In this document: positions 16,454 through 29,896 of the stretch, in pieces
Position numbering within the stretch: position 1 is the first letter of the stretch
How the letters are laid out: each line of letters begins with the position of its first letter
DNA from: an uncultured Nitrospina sp.
GTDB lineage: Bacteria > Nitrospinota > Nitrospinia > Nitrospinales > VA-1
Reading direction: 5' to 3'
Length of the DNA stretch: 32,012 nucleotides
Assembly: GCA_964564655.1 (NCBI GenBank)
Contig: CAZMBO010000005.1
Location: 1-32,012, forward strand
Position numbers and translations under genes: made by a program
The notes under the pieces: generated by a model
Databases searched by the model: none
The model's input: the letters and a program-made list of their open reading frames with translations, nothing else
What the model was told of the DNA's origin: nothing

Positions 16454-17926
16454 ATGCACAAATCTTTTCATTTTTTATTTAGTTTAGCCGGCGCAATTTT
16501 CCTTTTTATCTTTTCTGTGGTCTCCACCCCTAAACATTCGTTTGCATTAAGCAGTGCTACACAACAACTCTCGAGCAACTTATTTGTGAATATTGCTAAA
16601 AAGCTGAATCCCGCAGTGGTAAATGTCAGCACAAAGTCAAAAATAGAAAAAACGCACAGGAATTTTCGTCCTCCTGGGGGTGGCCGACCAGGCCCCGGTC
16701 AGGGACGTTCACCTGACTCTTTTCGTGATTTTTATGACAAGTTTTTTGGCGAACGACCTAATCAAAAACCCAAACGCGGTATGGGATCAGGGTTTGTAAT
16801 AGATAAAGAGGGTCATATTCTGACCAATTATCATGTTATAGAGGGTGCGGATGAAATTGTTGTTTTGCTCGAGGATGAGGGGAGTGAGAAAGAATATACC
16901 GCAACCTTGATCGGTTCAGATTCAAAAACTGATATTGCCTTAATAAAAATCAACCGCGATGAGAAAACTCCAAAAGAGTTCCCATTTCTAAGATTAGGAA
17001 ACTCTGAAAATCTCGAAGTGGGTGAGTGGGTTATGGCAATTGGGAGCCCGTTTGGATTGAGTCATACGGTGACTGTTGGTGTGGTAAGTGCTTTGGGGCG
17101 GAGTATTAATGCGGGCCCTTATGATGAATTTATACAGACTGATGCTTCTATCAATCCAGGTAATAGCGGTGGTCCTTTGATTAATATTGAAGGAGATGTT
17201 ATAGGGATAAATACTGCAATTATCTCCGGAAATTCAGGTGGCAATGTGGGTATTGGTTTCGCAATACCCATAAATATGGCCAAGGCTATTTTGAAGGATT
17301 TGAAAGAGAAGGGTTCGGTAACTCGTGGTTGGCTTGGAGTTATGATTCAAAAAATTACCCCTGAACTTGCCAAATCGTTTGGGCTAAACCAGAGCGAAGG
17401 AGCCTTAGTAGGCGATGTTATACCCGGTGGACCGGCATTCAAGGGAGGGGTCAAGCGGGGTGATGTCATTGTAAGGTTTGATGGCAAGGATGTAAAAGAT
17501 ATGGAAGACTTGCCCAAAATAGTTGCTGCAACAACTCCCAATTCGGTTGTGAATGTAGAGATTGTTCGTGAAGGTTCTCCTAAAACCTTGAGTATTAAAA
17601 TTGAAACTCTTACGGATACGCAAGCAACTGTAGTCGCCAAAGCAGACCCTCTAGGTATGCAGGTTCAGGATATTACCCCGGAATTGGCAAAAAGCCTACA
17701 ATTGGAAGTTAATCAGGGTGTCTTGGTTTCTGATGTGACCCCAGGTAATTCTGCCGCAGAGTCTGGGATTCGCCGAGGAGATGTTATTTCAGAAATGAAT
17801 CGTACTCCCATCACTAATATGAAAGATTACCAACGTTTAGCGGGCTCTGTAAAAACAGGTGATTCTGTTCTCTTTCTTGTTAAAAGAGGAGGCACCACGA
17901 TTTATATAGCTGTTAAAGTGGGATAG
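16454..17926 (+). CDS. DegP/DegQ (Do family) periplasmic serine protease, 2 PDZ domains
   Basis: ATG 16454 follows SD GAGG (16441-16444). Signal peptide; triad motifs LTNYHV, KTDIAL, INPGNSGGPL; RGWLGV; two PDZ domains. Confidence 0.95.
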   Translation: MHKSFHFLFSLAGAIFLFIFSVVSTPKHSFALSSATQQLSSNLFVNIAKKLNPAVVNVSTKSKIEKTHRNFRPPGGGRPGPGQGRSPDSFRDFYDKFFGERPNQKPKRGMGSGFVIDKEGHILTNYHVIEGADEIVVLLEDEGSEKEYTATLIGSDSKTDIALIKINRDEKTPKEFPFLRLGNSENLEVGEWVMAIGSPFGLSHTVTVGVVSALGRSINAGPYDEFIQTDASINPGNSGGPLINIEGDVIGINTAIISGNSGGNVGIGFAIPINMAKAILKDLKEKGSVTRGWLGVMIQKITPELAKSFGLNQSEGALVGDVIPGGPAFKGGVKRGDVIVRFDGKDVKDMEDLPKIVAATTPNSVVNVEIVREGSPKTLSIKIETLTDTQATVVAKADPLGMQVQDITPELAKSLQLEVNQGVLVSDVTPGNSAAESGIRRGDVISEMNRTPITNMKDYQRLAGSVKTGDSVLFLVKRGGTTIYIAVKVG

Positions 17927-17950
17927 AAGGTATCCTGTCTAAGATAAAAT

Positions 17951-17979
17951 AGAGAAAGCCAGATTATCTGGCTTTCTCT
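17951..17979. terminator. Strong hairpin between the two deg genes (terminator or mRNA-stabilising stem)
   Basis: Perfect inverted repeat AGAGAAAGCCAGAT-T-ATCTGGCTTTCTCT. Confidence 0.65.
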
Positions 17980-18013
17980 CCAATATTACTTATAACTTCT
18001 TTTTTATATTAAC

Positions 18014-21389
<3,376 letters not shown>

Positions 21390-21394
21390 TGTTG

Positions 21395-22696
21395 TTAGGT
21401 TGTAGAACGTGTTCTTGAGTAAGGGCGTCTTCGTTGTGCTCCCTTGCCATTGCGAGGACGGTTGTTGGAATCGATTTTTGCTTTGGTTGCTGTCGCCCTG
21501 CGACGTTTTCTTGCTGGCGGGGTCCCTGGTTTTTCTTCCAGATATAGTTCTTCTTCCGCCCAGGCCACGGGTATTTTCTTTTTGAGATAAACCTCGACAC
21601 GTTCTAGATGTTGTGCAAAGTCTTCACAACAAAGGGTGATAGCGGTACCTTTTTTTCCTGCCCTGGCAGTGCGGCCAATTCGATGGACATAGTCTTCTGC
21701 ATCTTGGGGAAGATCGTAGTTTATGACATGGGTAATATCATCGACATGCAATCCACGCGATGCAACATCGGTAGCGATCATGATATAGATGTTTCCTTTT
21801 TGGAAATCTTCTAATACTTTTATGCGTGCCTTTTGATGAAGATCGCCGCTTATTTGACCCGACTTATAGCCATTATGATTTAGCTTCCATTCCAGTTGTT
21901 CCGCTTCAATCTTCGTATTGCAGAAAATAAGAACTTTTTTCCCTTCTTCCTTTTTTAATAGTCCCAGTAGAAGATTGAATTTTTCGTGTTGGCCAACATG
22001 AAAAAGAGACTGCTTTATTTCATCTACAACCGCTTTCTCAGGTTCAATGACAACTTTAACGGGATTGTTCATATGCTCATAGCAGAGTTCCATGACTCGA
22101 TAATTGAGCGTCGCAGAAAATAACATTGTTTGTCGTTTATTGTAGGGGGAACAACTGCGGAAGAGATAGCGCAAGTCTTGAATGAAACCCATGTCGAACA
22201 TGCGGTCTGCTTCATCCACAACTAGCACTTCGATTCGTTTCAGACTGAAGAATCGTTGCTTGTAAAAGTCTATCAATCTTCCCGGTGTAGCGATGAGGAT
22301 ATCAACTCCTGATTTAATTAGGTTACGTTGTTTTTCGTAGTCGACTCCTCCAATGATGCAAGCTGATTTAAAGCCGCAATATTTTCCAAGCAGCAAGGCA
22401 TCCTTCTCAATTTGTCGGGCCAGTTCCCGGGTGGGTGCCAGAACTAAAGCGCGAGGTCCTTCTTTTCCTTTTGCTGCAGGCGTAGGTTTGTTTTCTATTA
22501 ATCGAGTCAATAGAGTGATTAAAAAAGCTGCAGTTTTACCGGTTCCTGTTTGCGCTTGTCCTGCGAGATCTTTTCGAGCCAGAGTGATGGGAAGAGACTT
22601 GCTCTGTATGGGGGTGCAAGTTTTGAATTCAGCACTTCGAACACCTTTTAGAACAGGTTCAGGGAGCGGTATAGATTCAAAATTAATGAGTTCCAA
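21395..22696 (-). CDS. rhlB: DEAD-box RNA helicase, RhlB-like
   Basis: Q motif TPIQ, AGQAQTGTGKTAAF, PTRELA, TPGRL, DEAD, SAT, HRIGRTAR, basic C-terminal tail. TTG start with SD GGAG. Subfamily assignment is tentative. Confidence 0.8.
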   Translation of the reverse strand: MELINFESIPLPEPVLKGVRSAEFKTCTPIQSKSLPITLARKDLAGQAQTGTGKTAAFLITLLTRLIENKPTPAAKGKEGPRALVLAPTRELARQIEKDALLLGKYCGFKSACIIGGVDYEKQRNLIKSGVDILIATPGRLIDFYKQRFFSLKRIEVLVVDEADRMFDMGFIQDLRYLFRSCSPYNKRQTMLFSATLNYRVMELCYEHMNNPVKVVIEPEKAVVDEIKQSLFHVGQHEKFNLLLGLLKKEEGKKVLIFCNTKIEAEQLEWKLNHNGYKSGQISGDLHQKARIKVLEDFQKGNIYIMIATDVASRGLHVDDITHVINYDLPQDAEDYVHRIGRTARAGKKGTAITLCCEDFAQHLERVEVYLKKKIPVAWAEEELYLEEKPGTPPARKRRRATATKAKIDSNNRPRNGKGAQRRRPYSRTRSTT

Positions 22697-23140
22697 ATGA
22701 ATACTCCATTCCGCAGAAATTGCCGCGGGTCTGTTTAGATATAGTTTTTCTTCAACGGGAAAACGATTTATGGATTAATGAGGCATTGCCATTTGTATTT
22801 ATGGGAGGAGGGCCTTAAATTTCAATCGCTTGCTACTTATTCTCGTTGGCAGGGGTTATTATGATAGGCTTGCTGGGCTTTTGCAACCCCAATTTCATTT
22901 TGCTTGACTTTAAAGGGGGGGAAGTGTTTAAATCCTTCCTTGATTTTGTATCTGGCCAAGGCCCCGATTGACAACCTCTCCGACGGAATCCAACTAATTT
23001 TTATTAGGTTTTTCAATGGTTTTCGTGTCTCGTGAGGGGTTCTGGATAAAATCATGACAGCAAAGGCTTGATTAGGGCAATAAGTTTATAGTCTGTCATG
23101 GCCAAGAATTAAAATGTTTGCCCCGTTTTGAGGTATTTTT

Positions 23141-24850
23141 GTGATCGAACATGATGTCGTGATCGTAGGTGCTGGTCTTGCAGGAATGCGCTGCGCTCTT
23201 GAGGTTTGTAAAGAGCTTGATGTCGCCGTGTTGACCAAGGTTTATCCCTCCCGTTCGCATTCTGGTGCAGCTCAAGGCGGAATTGCGGCTTCTCTTGGAA
23301 ATTCTGAGCCGGATAGCTGGGAAGAGCACATGTTTGATACCGTCAAAGGCGGTGATTTTCTAAACGATCAGGATGCGGTCGAGGAATATGTCAAGGCGGC
23401 ACCCAGAATTATCTATGAGCTAGAGCACATGGGTTGCGTTTTCAGTCGCACCCCAGAAGGAAAGATAGCGCAACGTAGCTTTGGTGGTCATTCAAAGCCC
23501 CGTGCCTGCTTCTCCGCTGACCGAACTGGTCACGCGATTTTACATGCTCTTCATGAGCAGCTGATGAAAAACTCCAAGTCCGTTAAAATTTATAATGAGT
23601 GGTATATGCATTCTCTGGTGGTCGATGGTGACCGGTGCAACGGTGTGATTGTAAGTAATATTCAAACCGGTGAAGTCGAAGTTATCCGGGCCAAAGCTGT
23701 GGTCTTTTGTACCGGAGGTTATGGCCGCGTATTTAAAATCACATCCAATGCTTTTGCCAGTACCGCGGATGGCGTGATGGCAGCTTTTGAGGTTGGCATT
23801 CCTTTGGAGGATCCGGAATTTGTGCAGTTTCATCCTTCTGGGTTATACCGACAGGGAATTTTGTTTTCTGAGGCGGCTCGTGGCGAAGGTGCTTACCTGC
23901 TCAATGATAAAGGCGAGCGGTTCATGGAAACTTATGCTCCCTCCAGAATGGAATTGGCACCGCGCGATATTGTGGCTCGTGCAGAGCAAAGTGAAATGGA
24001 TGCGGGACGCGGCGTCAACGGTGAAGATTGTATTCATCTCGATCTTCGACATCTGGGCGAAGCGCGAATCATGGAACGCCTACCGCAAATTCGACAATTG
24101 GCAATCGACTTTCTCGGTATTGATTGCGTTACCGATCCTCTACCCATTCAACCCACTGCACATTATTCCATGGGGGGTATTCCTGTGGATAATAATTGTC
24201 ACGTTATCCTCGACTCAGAAGGAACAAAGATGCATGGTTTTTTTGCGGCAGGTGAATGCGCATGTGTTTCTGTTCATGGTGGCAACCGATTGGGAACCAA
24301 TTCTCTCCTTGATGCCGTGGTGTTTGGCGAACGTGCAGGTAAATCTGTCCTCGAATATGCCAGAGGTAGGGACTTTGGCAATGTTAATGAAGGACAGGAA
24401 AAAGCTAGGGTCTTAGAGAAATTTGAAGATATATTCCAAAGAGACGGTAGCGAAAGTTACAACCAGATTCGCGACGAAATGAAAGAAATTATGATGTCCC
24501 ATTGCGGTGTTTTCCGCGATGAGCAAAGACTGAAAGCCTGCATCGAAACTCTCAAAGGGCTTCAGGAACGGTTCAAAAAAGGTAAAGTAACGGATAAAGG
24601 GAAACTGTTCAATACAGAAATTTATGAAATTATGGAGTTAGGAAATATGTTGGGTATGGCAGTAATTATAGCCACAGCCGCATTGGAACGACAAGAAAGT
24701 CGTGGTGGGCATTTTCGTACTGACTTCCCAAAGCGAGATGATAAAAAATTCTTGCATCACTCCATGGTCTATGATTCTCCAGATGGATTGGTCATAAAAA
24801 CTAAGCCGGTGGTGATTACTAGATATCAACCTGCTGAAAGAACTTATTAA
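23141..24850 (+). CDS. sdhA: Succinate dehydrogenase/fumarate reductase flavoprotein subunit (covalent FAD)
   Basis: [16 protein letters not shown] (covalent-FAD His), [48 protein letters not shown], terminal RTY. GTG start with SD GAGG. Confidence 0.96.
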   Translation: MIEHDVVIVGAGLAGMRCALEVCKELDVAVLTKVYPSRSHSGAAQGGIAASLGNSEPDSWEEHMFDTVKGGDFLNDQDAVEEYVKAAPRIIYELEHMGCVFSRTPEGKIAQRSFGGHSKPRACFSADRTGHAILHALHEQLMKNSKSVKIYNEWYMHSLVVDGDRCNGVIVSNIQTGEVEVIRAKAVVFCTGGYGRVFKITSNAFASTADGVMAAFEVGIPLEDPEFVQFHPSGLYRQGILFSEAARGEGAYLLNDKGERFMETYAPSRMELAPRDIVARAEQSEMDAGRGVNGEDCIHLDLRHLGEARIMERLPQIRQLAIDFLGIDCVTDPLPIQPTAHYSMGGIPVDNNCHVILDSEGTKMHGFFAAGECACVSVHGGNRLGTNSLLDAVVFGERAGKSVLEYARGRDFGNVNEGQEKARVLEKFEDIFQRDGSESYNQIRDEMKEIMMSHCGVFRDEQRLKACIETLKGLQERFKKGKVTDKGKLFNTEIYEIMELGNMLGMAVIIATAALERQESRGGHFRTDFPKRDDKKFLHHSMVYDSPDGLVIKTKPVVITRYQPAERTY

Positions 24851-25791
24851 TGGCGACATTTAGGATCAAACGGTTCAATCCGGAAAAACAGCCCGAGCCT
24901 TACTTCGAAGAGTTTCAACTGGATATTCCCGATGGTGCCACGCTTCTGGATTGCATGAACCAGATCAAGTGGACTCTCGATGGCAGCCTTTCTTATAGGA
25001 TGTCGTGCCGAAGTGCCATCTGTGGCTCGTGTGCAGTCAAGTCAAACGGTCATGCCTTACTGGCTTGTCAACGACAGGCGGAACACCTTGTGGATGACAA
25101 CGATACTATTACTTTGGAACCTCTCGGCAATATGAAACCAGTGAAAGATCTGGTGGTCGACTTCACACCGTTCTGGGACAAAGTGAATAAAATTAAACCT
25201 TATCTGGAGCCAAAAGAAGAGCCACCGGTAAAAGAAAGACGTCAGTCGCAGGAAGAGTTTTTAGTCATTGATGACGCTAGCACTTGCATCATGTGCGGTG
25301 CCTGCTATTCCGACTGCAACACTCTGGAAGTGGATGATAATTTCCTCGGGCCTGCAGCTCTGGCAAAAGCGCAACGGTTTGTCGGCGATTCCCGCGACTC
25401 TAAAACCCTGCAACGCGTACAGGACTTAAGCGAGCCAGGAGGGATTTGGGATTGCACCCATTGTGCCGAATGTGTGGAACGCTGTCCGAAACCGGCACGT
25501 CCTTTCGATCGCATCAAAGAAATCATGACCGTGGCATTGGAGGAAGGTGTGCATAACAATAATGGCGCGCGTCACGCACTGTCCTTCACTAATTCGGTTA
25601 AGAGGAGTGGCAATCTAAATGAAAACAGAATTCCCGTTGAGTCGATGGGAATTTTTAATATCCCCGGACTGCTCAGCTTGATTCCGGTTGGGCTCAGAAT
25701 GTTGCTCAAAGGAAAAGTTCCACCGATCCTTCATCATTCCATTGAAGAGGTTCGTGACGTAAAACGTATATTCAAGGAGTTGGATCAATGA
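24850..25791 (+). CDS. sdhB: Succinate dehydrogenase iron-sulfur subunit (type-E-like)
   Basis: [10 protein letters not shown]...[33 protein letters not shown] (extra Cys), amphipathic C-terminal extension. Confidence 0.95.
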   Translation: MATFRIKRFNPEKQPEPYFEEFQLDIPDGATLLDCMNQIKWTLDGSLSYRMSCRSAICGSCAVKSNGHALLACQRQAEHLVDDNDTITLEPLGNMKPVKDLVVDFTPFWDKVNKIKPYLEPKEEPPVKERRQSQEEFLVIDDASTCIMCGACYSDCNTLEVDDNFLGPAALAKAQRFVGDSRDSKTLQRVQDLSEPGGIWDCTHCAECVERCPKPARPFDRIKEIMTVALEEGVHNNNGARHALSFTNSVKRSGNLNENRIPVESMGIFNIPGLLSLIPVGLRMLLKGKVPPILHHSIEEVRDVKRIFKELDQ

Positions 25792-26681
25792 AGTTTGCCC
25801 TTTTTACCGGATGTGTCGCCAAAGGGGCGACTCGAGAGTTGATGCTCTCCACAACCAAAGCAGCAGAAGGCCTAGGCTTTGATTTTGTAGAAATGAAAAG
25901 CGCGTCCTGTTGTGGTGCGGGAGTGGTTTCCGAAAAGAGCCCACTATTGGCAGATGCCTTGAACGCGCGTTCGTTCTCCATCGCTGAAAAACAGGGATTG
26001 GATATTGTCACTATTTGTTCAACCTGTCAGGGGACCTTAAAAAAAACCGAAGCACATTTGAACGAAAGTAAAGAGTATAAAGAAAAAGTCAACGACATCC
26101 TAGAAGAGGGGGGGCATCAGTACAACGGAAAAACAAGAATCAAACATTTTGCTAACATCCTCGCAACCGAAGAGGGAATGGCAAGATTGAAGTCTCGCAT
26201 CAAGCGTCCTTTGACTGGATTAAAGGTTGCAGCCTTTTACGGTTGTTATGTTCTGCGTCCGTCAGAAAGGTCTGACTTTGATAGTCCAGACAATCCAACG
26301 GGGATGGAAGATATCTTTGAAGCGCTGGGCGCAACCCCGATTTATTATCCTAGTCGTACCAAATGTTGCGGATTTCCGATCGTGATGATGAACAAGGATG
26401 CATCTTTAGGTATGTCAGGTAATGCATTGCAAGATGCGATCGAACACGGCGCCGATGTCGTTGCCACTGGATGTCCGCTTTGTCATCTGAGTCTCGATTC
26501 TTATCAACCGGAAATCGAATTATTGCAAAAGAAAAACCAATCCATTCCCATCCTGCACTTACCACAACTGGTGGCTCTGGCATTGGGCTACACACCCACA
26601 CAACTGGGAATGGACACCCACATCGTCTCCACCCTCAAAATAAACCAGATCCTTTCCAGTTCGCATTCGGCTGCTCACTGA
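25788..26681 (+). CDS. CCG-domain subunit (type-E complex II anchor 'SdhE' / HdrB family)
   Basis: Two CCG domains: FTGC...SCCGA...CSTC and FYGC...KCCGF...CPLC. ATGA overlap with sdhB. Confidence 0.9.
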   Translation: MKFALFTGCVAKGATRELMLSTTKAAEGLGFDFVEMKSASCCGAGVVSEKSPLLADALNARSFSIAEKQGLDIVTICSTCQGTLKKTEAHLNESKEYKEKVNDILEEGGHQYNGKTRIKHFANILATEEGMARLKSRIKRPLTGLKVAAFYGCYVLRPSERSDFDSPDNPTGMEDIFEALGATPIYYPSRTKCCGFPIVMMNKDASLGMSGNALQDAIEHGADVVATGCPLCHLSLDSYQPEIELLQKKNQSIPILHLPQLVALALGYTPTQLGMDTHIVSTLKINQILSSSHSAAH

Positions 26682-26785
26682 GACGTCTTCTTTTCCAGTG
26701 ATACGTTTGTCCATCCCTTCTGAATAGGATTTTTATCTTCCCTCTGTTAATATCAATTCGTTGAACTTTTTTTGACGAGCCACCA

Positions 26786-28336
26786 TTGAACAAAATTGAA
26801 TTTAAAAAAAAGATCTTTGTTCTTTTAGCCGGGCTTGTTATGTTCTGCGGAATTTTGTTCATGCCGCTTCCTGACGGTATGACAGAAAGTGCACAGCACA
26901 TGCTCGCCGTGGTAGCCTTGATGGCGATATGGTGGGTCGGTGAAGGTATCTCGCTTGCCGTGACAGCATTGTTACCTCTGGTATTGTTTCCACTGCTCGG
27001 CATCATGCCTAGCAAACAGGTCGCTCCCAATTACGCTAATCATCTTATCTTTTTATTTCTTGGCGGATTTATGATCGCTCTCGCCATGGAGAAATGGAAT
27101 TTTCATAAACGTCTTGCACTATGGGTTATCAATGTGATGGGGAGCGATCCTCAGCGCATCGTTTTGGGTTTTATGATATCAACGGCCTTTTTGTCGATGT
27201 GGATTTCCAATACCGCTTCAACCATGATGATGCTTCCGGTTGCCATGGCGGTGGTAAGGCAAATCGCTTTAGACGCTTCTTTAAATGGTGAAAGAAATTT
27301 TGATTCACAAAAACAGATTGAAAACGGATTGGGGCTCGTATTAATGCTGGGCCTGGCATACTCTGCCAGCATTGGTGGTGTCGGTACCCCGATTGGAACA
27401 CCACCGAATATTGTGTTTGCAGGGTTCTACAAAAGTTTGTTTCCGAATAATCCTGAAGTAAGTTTTTTTCAGTGGATGATATTTGCTCTCCCCGCCGTCT
27501 TAGTTTTCATTCCAATAACATGGATTTACCTTTGTCGTTTTGTTTTACCCTTCCCAATAAACCAGATCAAAGGTGGAGAAAGCAGGATCATTCAAAAAGA
27601 GCTTGATAAGTTAGGTTCCATGAACCGGGCGGAAAAACTTGTCGCAACTGTTTTTTGTTTTACAGCAATGCTATGGATTTTTAGGCAACCCATTTTAATA
27701 GGGGAGTGGTTACTTCCTGGTTGGTCGAACCTCTTCGAAAACCCAAAATTTTTACATGATTCCACTATTGCCATGACTATGGGACTACTGCTATTTGTGA
27801 TACCGATCAATGGGGCTCAAGGTCTCACCTTGAATGGTAAAACCGAATGGTTTGCTTTAGACTGGAAAACGGTACAATCAAAAACACCGTGGGGAATTTT
27901 GATTCTTTTTGGCGGTGGTTTCGCTTTGGCATCGGGTTTTGGAGTGAGCGGACTCGATAAATGGATTGGATCTAAACTGACCGGAGTTTCTGATTGGCCG
28001 TTGTGGATGACGGTACTTGCCATTTGTATCACGGTTACTTTTTTAACGGAATTGACTTCTAACACGGCGACCACAACAATGATACTTCCTATACTTGGTA
28101 TGGCGGCGATAGCGGCGGCTATTCATCCGTTATATTTTATGGTGCCAGCGACTTTGGCCGCTTCGTTTGCATTTATGTTGCCGGTAGCGACACCGCCAAA
28201 TGCAATTGTCTTTGGTAGCGGTTGGGTGAGCATTCCAACAATGTCGAAAGCAGGATTGATCCTAAACCTTATTGGAGCAGGCATTGTAACCACAACGGTG
28301 TTGTTTTTGGTGAGCGGGTTTTTAATTGGTTTCTGA
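26786..28336 (+). CDS. DASS/SLC13 Na+-coupled dicarboxylate (or sulfate/citrate) symporter
   Basis: IFLFLGGF, SMWISNTA, GTPIGTPPN, LFGGGFALA, TELTSNTA, AFMLPVATPPNAIV. Many TM helices. Confidence 0.93.
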   Translation: MNKIEFKKKIFVLLAGLVMFCGILFMPLPDGMTESAQHMLAVVALMAIWWVGEGISLAVTALLPLVLFPLLGIMPSKQVAPNYANHLIFLFLGGFMIALAMEKWNFHKRLALWVINVMGSDPQRIVLGFMISTAFLSMWISNTASTMMMLPVAMAVVRQIALDASLNGERNFDSQKQIENGLGLVLMLGLAYSASIGGVGTPIGTPPNIVFAGFYKSLFPNNPEVSFFQWMIFALPAVLVFIPITWIYLCRFVLPFPINQIKGGESRIIQKELDKLGSMNRAEKLVATVFCFTAMLWIFRQPILIGEWLLPGWSNLFENPKFLHDSTIAMTMGLLLFVIPINGAQGLTLNGKTEWFALDWKTVQSKTPWGILILFGGGFALASGFGVSGLDKWIGSKLTGVSDWPLWMTVLAICITVTFLTELTSNTATTTMILPILGMAAIAAAIHPLYFMVPATLAASFAFMLPVATPPNAIVFGSGWVSIPTMSKAGLILNLIGAGIVTTTVLFLVSGFLIGF

Positions 28337-28379
28337 TCGTTCCTTTGAGATACAAGCAAATAAAGAAAAATAACGAGAT

Positions 28380-29885
28380 TTATACTGGTTGCTTTGTCCA
28401 TTTTAATTTTGGTTGGCGAGCTGCTTGGGCTTCATCAGGACGTGATACTTTGGGTAGGCGTGGTGCCTCATTAAAACTTTCTGGGTCTTCATGGCCTTTC
28501 TTGGAGATGGACTTCATAGCCTCAATAAACATATCGAGGGTTTCTTTGGATTCGGTTTCCGTCGGTTCGATCATCAAAGCACCTTTTACGATTAACGGGA
28601 AGTACACGGTGGGTGGGTGAAACCCATAGTCAATGAGTTCTTTGGCAAAGTCCATCGTTGTGATTCCCTGACCTTTATCGTTGAAAATGCATTCGTGTAG
28701 GCAGGCTCCAGTGAAAGGGAGATGGAACGTATCTTTTAGCTTTGCACGGATATAGTTTGCATTTAAGACGGCGGATTGAGCGGCTTCAAGAATACCTTCA
28801 GGGCCGAGAGTGCGTATGTATACGTATGCTCTTAGCAGCATACCAAAGTTGCCGTTGAACACTTTCAATTTGCCTACACTTTTGGGTCGGTCATTATTTA
28901 ATACGTATTTATGACCTTTTTTCTCTAGGATTGGTTTAGGTAAATAAGGTTCGAGAATATCTTTGATGCAGACGGGCCCTGCTCCCGGTCCTCCTCCGCC
29001 ATGTGGAGTCGAGAAGGTTTTATGCAGATTGATATGTAAAACGTCAATTCCCATTTCCCCCATCTTAGCGATTCCCATTATCGCATTGAGGTTGGCGCCA
29101 TCACAATAAACCAATCCTCCCTTACTGTGAACGATCTCGGTAATTTTCAAAATATCTTTTTCGAACATTCCCAATGTATTGGGATTGGTCAGCATGATGG
29201 CGGCGGTTTCTTCATCCATGACAGCTTCGAGTTTGTCAATATCAATAAGGCCTTCAGAGTTGGATGGGATTTGCACTGATTTGTAACCGCAAAGAGTTGC
29301 GCTTGCTGGGTTGGTTCCGTGCGCGGAATCGGGTAAAAAAACTTTTTTCCGAGGATTGCCTTTTGCGGTGTGATAAGCCTGAATCATCAGCATTCCGGCA
29401 AATTCACCTTGAGCCCCGGCTGCGGGTTGCAGGCTGACATGGTCCATGCCACTTATTTCCTTAAGGCACTCTTGCAACTCGTACATAAGTTGCAAACTTC
29501 CCTGCGCATCTTCATCTGCAGAAATGGGATGGTTTCCTGCGAAGCCGGGCAAACGTGCTAGGGTTTCGTTTAATTTTGGGTTGTACTTCATGGTGCATGA
29601 CCCTAATGGATAAAAATTGGTGTCGATACTAAAGTTCCATTGCGATAACCTTGTATAGTGACGAACGACATCGAGTTCGGTTAATTCTGGTAGTTCTTTA
29701 ATTGGATCACGAATTTCATCCACGGGTAGCAGTGTTTCTAGTTCGATTTCTGGAACATCACAGGGGGATAAGGAATAGGCTTTGCGTCCGGGAGACCCCA
29801 ACTCAAAAACAATCGGTTCCTCAAAAATCAAACCTTCAGTGGCTATTTTTGATTTGGATGAAGTTTTATTCTGTTTGCTGTCCAT
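28380..29885 (-). CDS. gcvPB: Glycine dehydrogenase (decarboxylating) subunit 2
   Basis: VVRHYTRLS, YPLGSCTMKYNP, QPAAGAQGE, SAHGTNPASA, DGANLNA, PLP Lys motif LHKTFSTPHGGGGPG, HPPTVYFP, EPTETE. Confidence 0.96.
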   Translation of the reverse strand: MDSKQNKTSSKSKIATEGLIFEEPIVFELGSPGRKAYSLSPCDVPEIELETLLPVDEIRDPIKELPELTELDVVRHYTRLSQWNFSIDTNFYPLGSCTMKYNPKLNETLARLPGFAGNHPISADEDAQGSLQLMYELQECLKEISGMDHVSLQPAAGAQGEFAGMLMIQAYHTAKGNPRKKVFLPDSAHGTNPASATLCGYKSVQIPSNSEGLIDIDKLEAVMDEETAAIMLTNPNTLGMFEKDILKITEIVHSKGGLVYCDGANLNAIMGIAKMGEMGIDVLHINLHKTFSTPHGGGGPGAGPVCIKDILEPYLPKPILEKKGHKYVLNNDRPKSVGKLKVFNGNFGMLLRAYVYIRTLGPEGILEAAQSAVLNANYIRAKLKDTFHLPFTGACLHECIFNDKGQGITTMDFAKELIDYGFHPPTVYFPLIVKGALMIEPTETESKETLDMFIEAMKSISKKGHEDPESFNEAPRLPKVSRPDEAQAARQPKLKWTKQPV

Positions 29886-29896
29886 GTTATTTCCAT

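Noticed and set aside
22915-22921. G7 tract as a phase-variation site
   Set aside because: Too short, and it is explained by the predicted hairpin.
22837-23055. 72-aa minus-strand ORF in the rhlB-sdhA spacer
   Set aside because: No clear SD, no motif and no protein-like features; not supportable without homologs.
25788-26681. True heterodisulfide reductase (methanogen-type HdrB)
   Set aside because: No hdrA or hdrC nearby; it is translationally coupled to sdhB.
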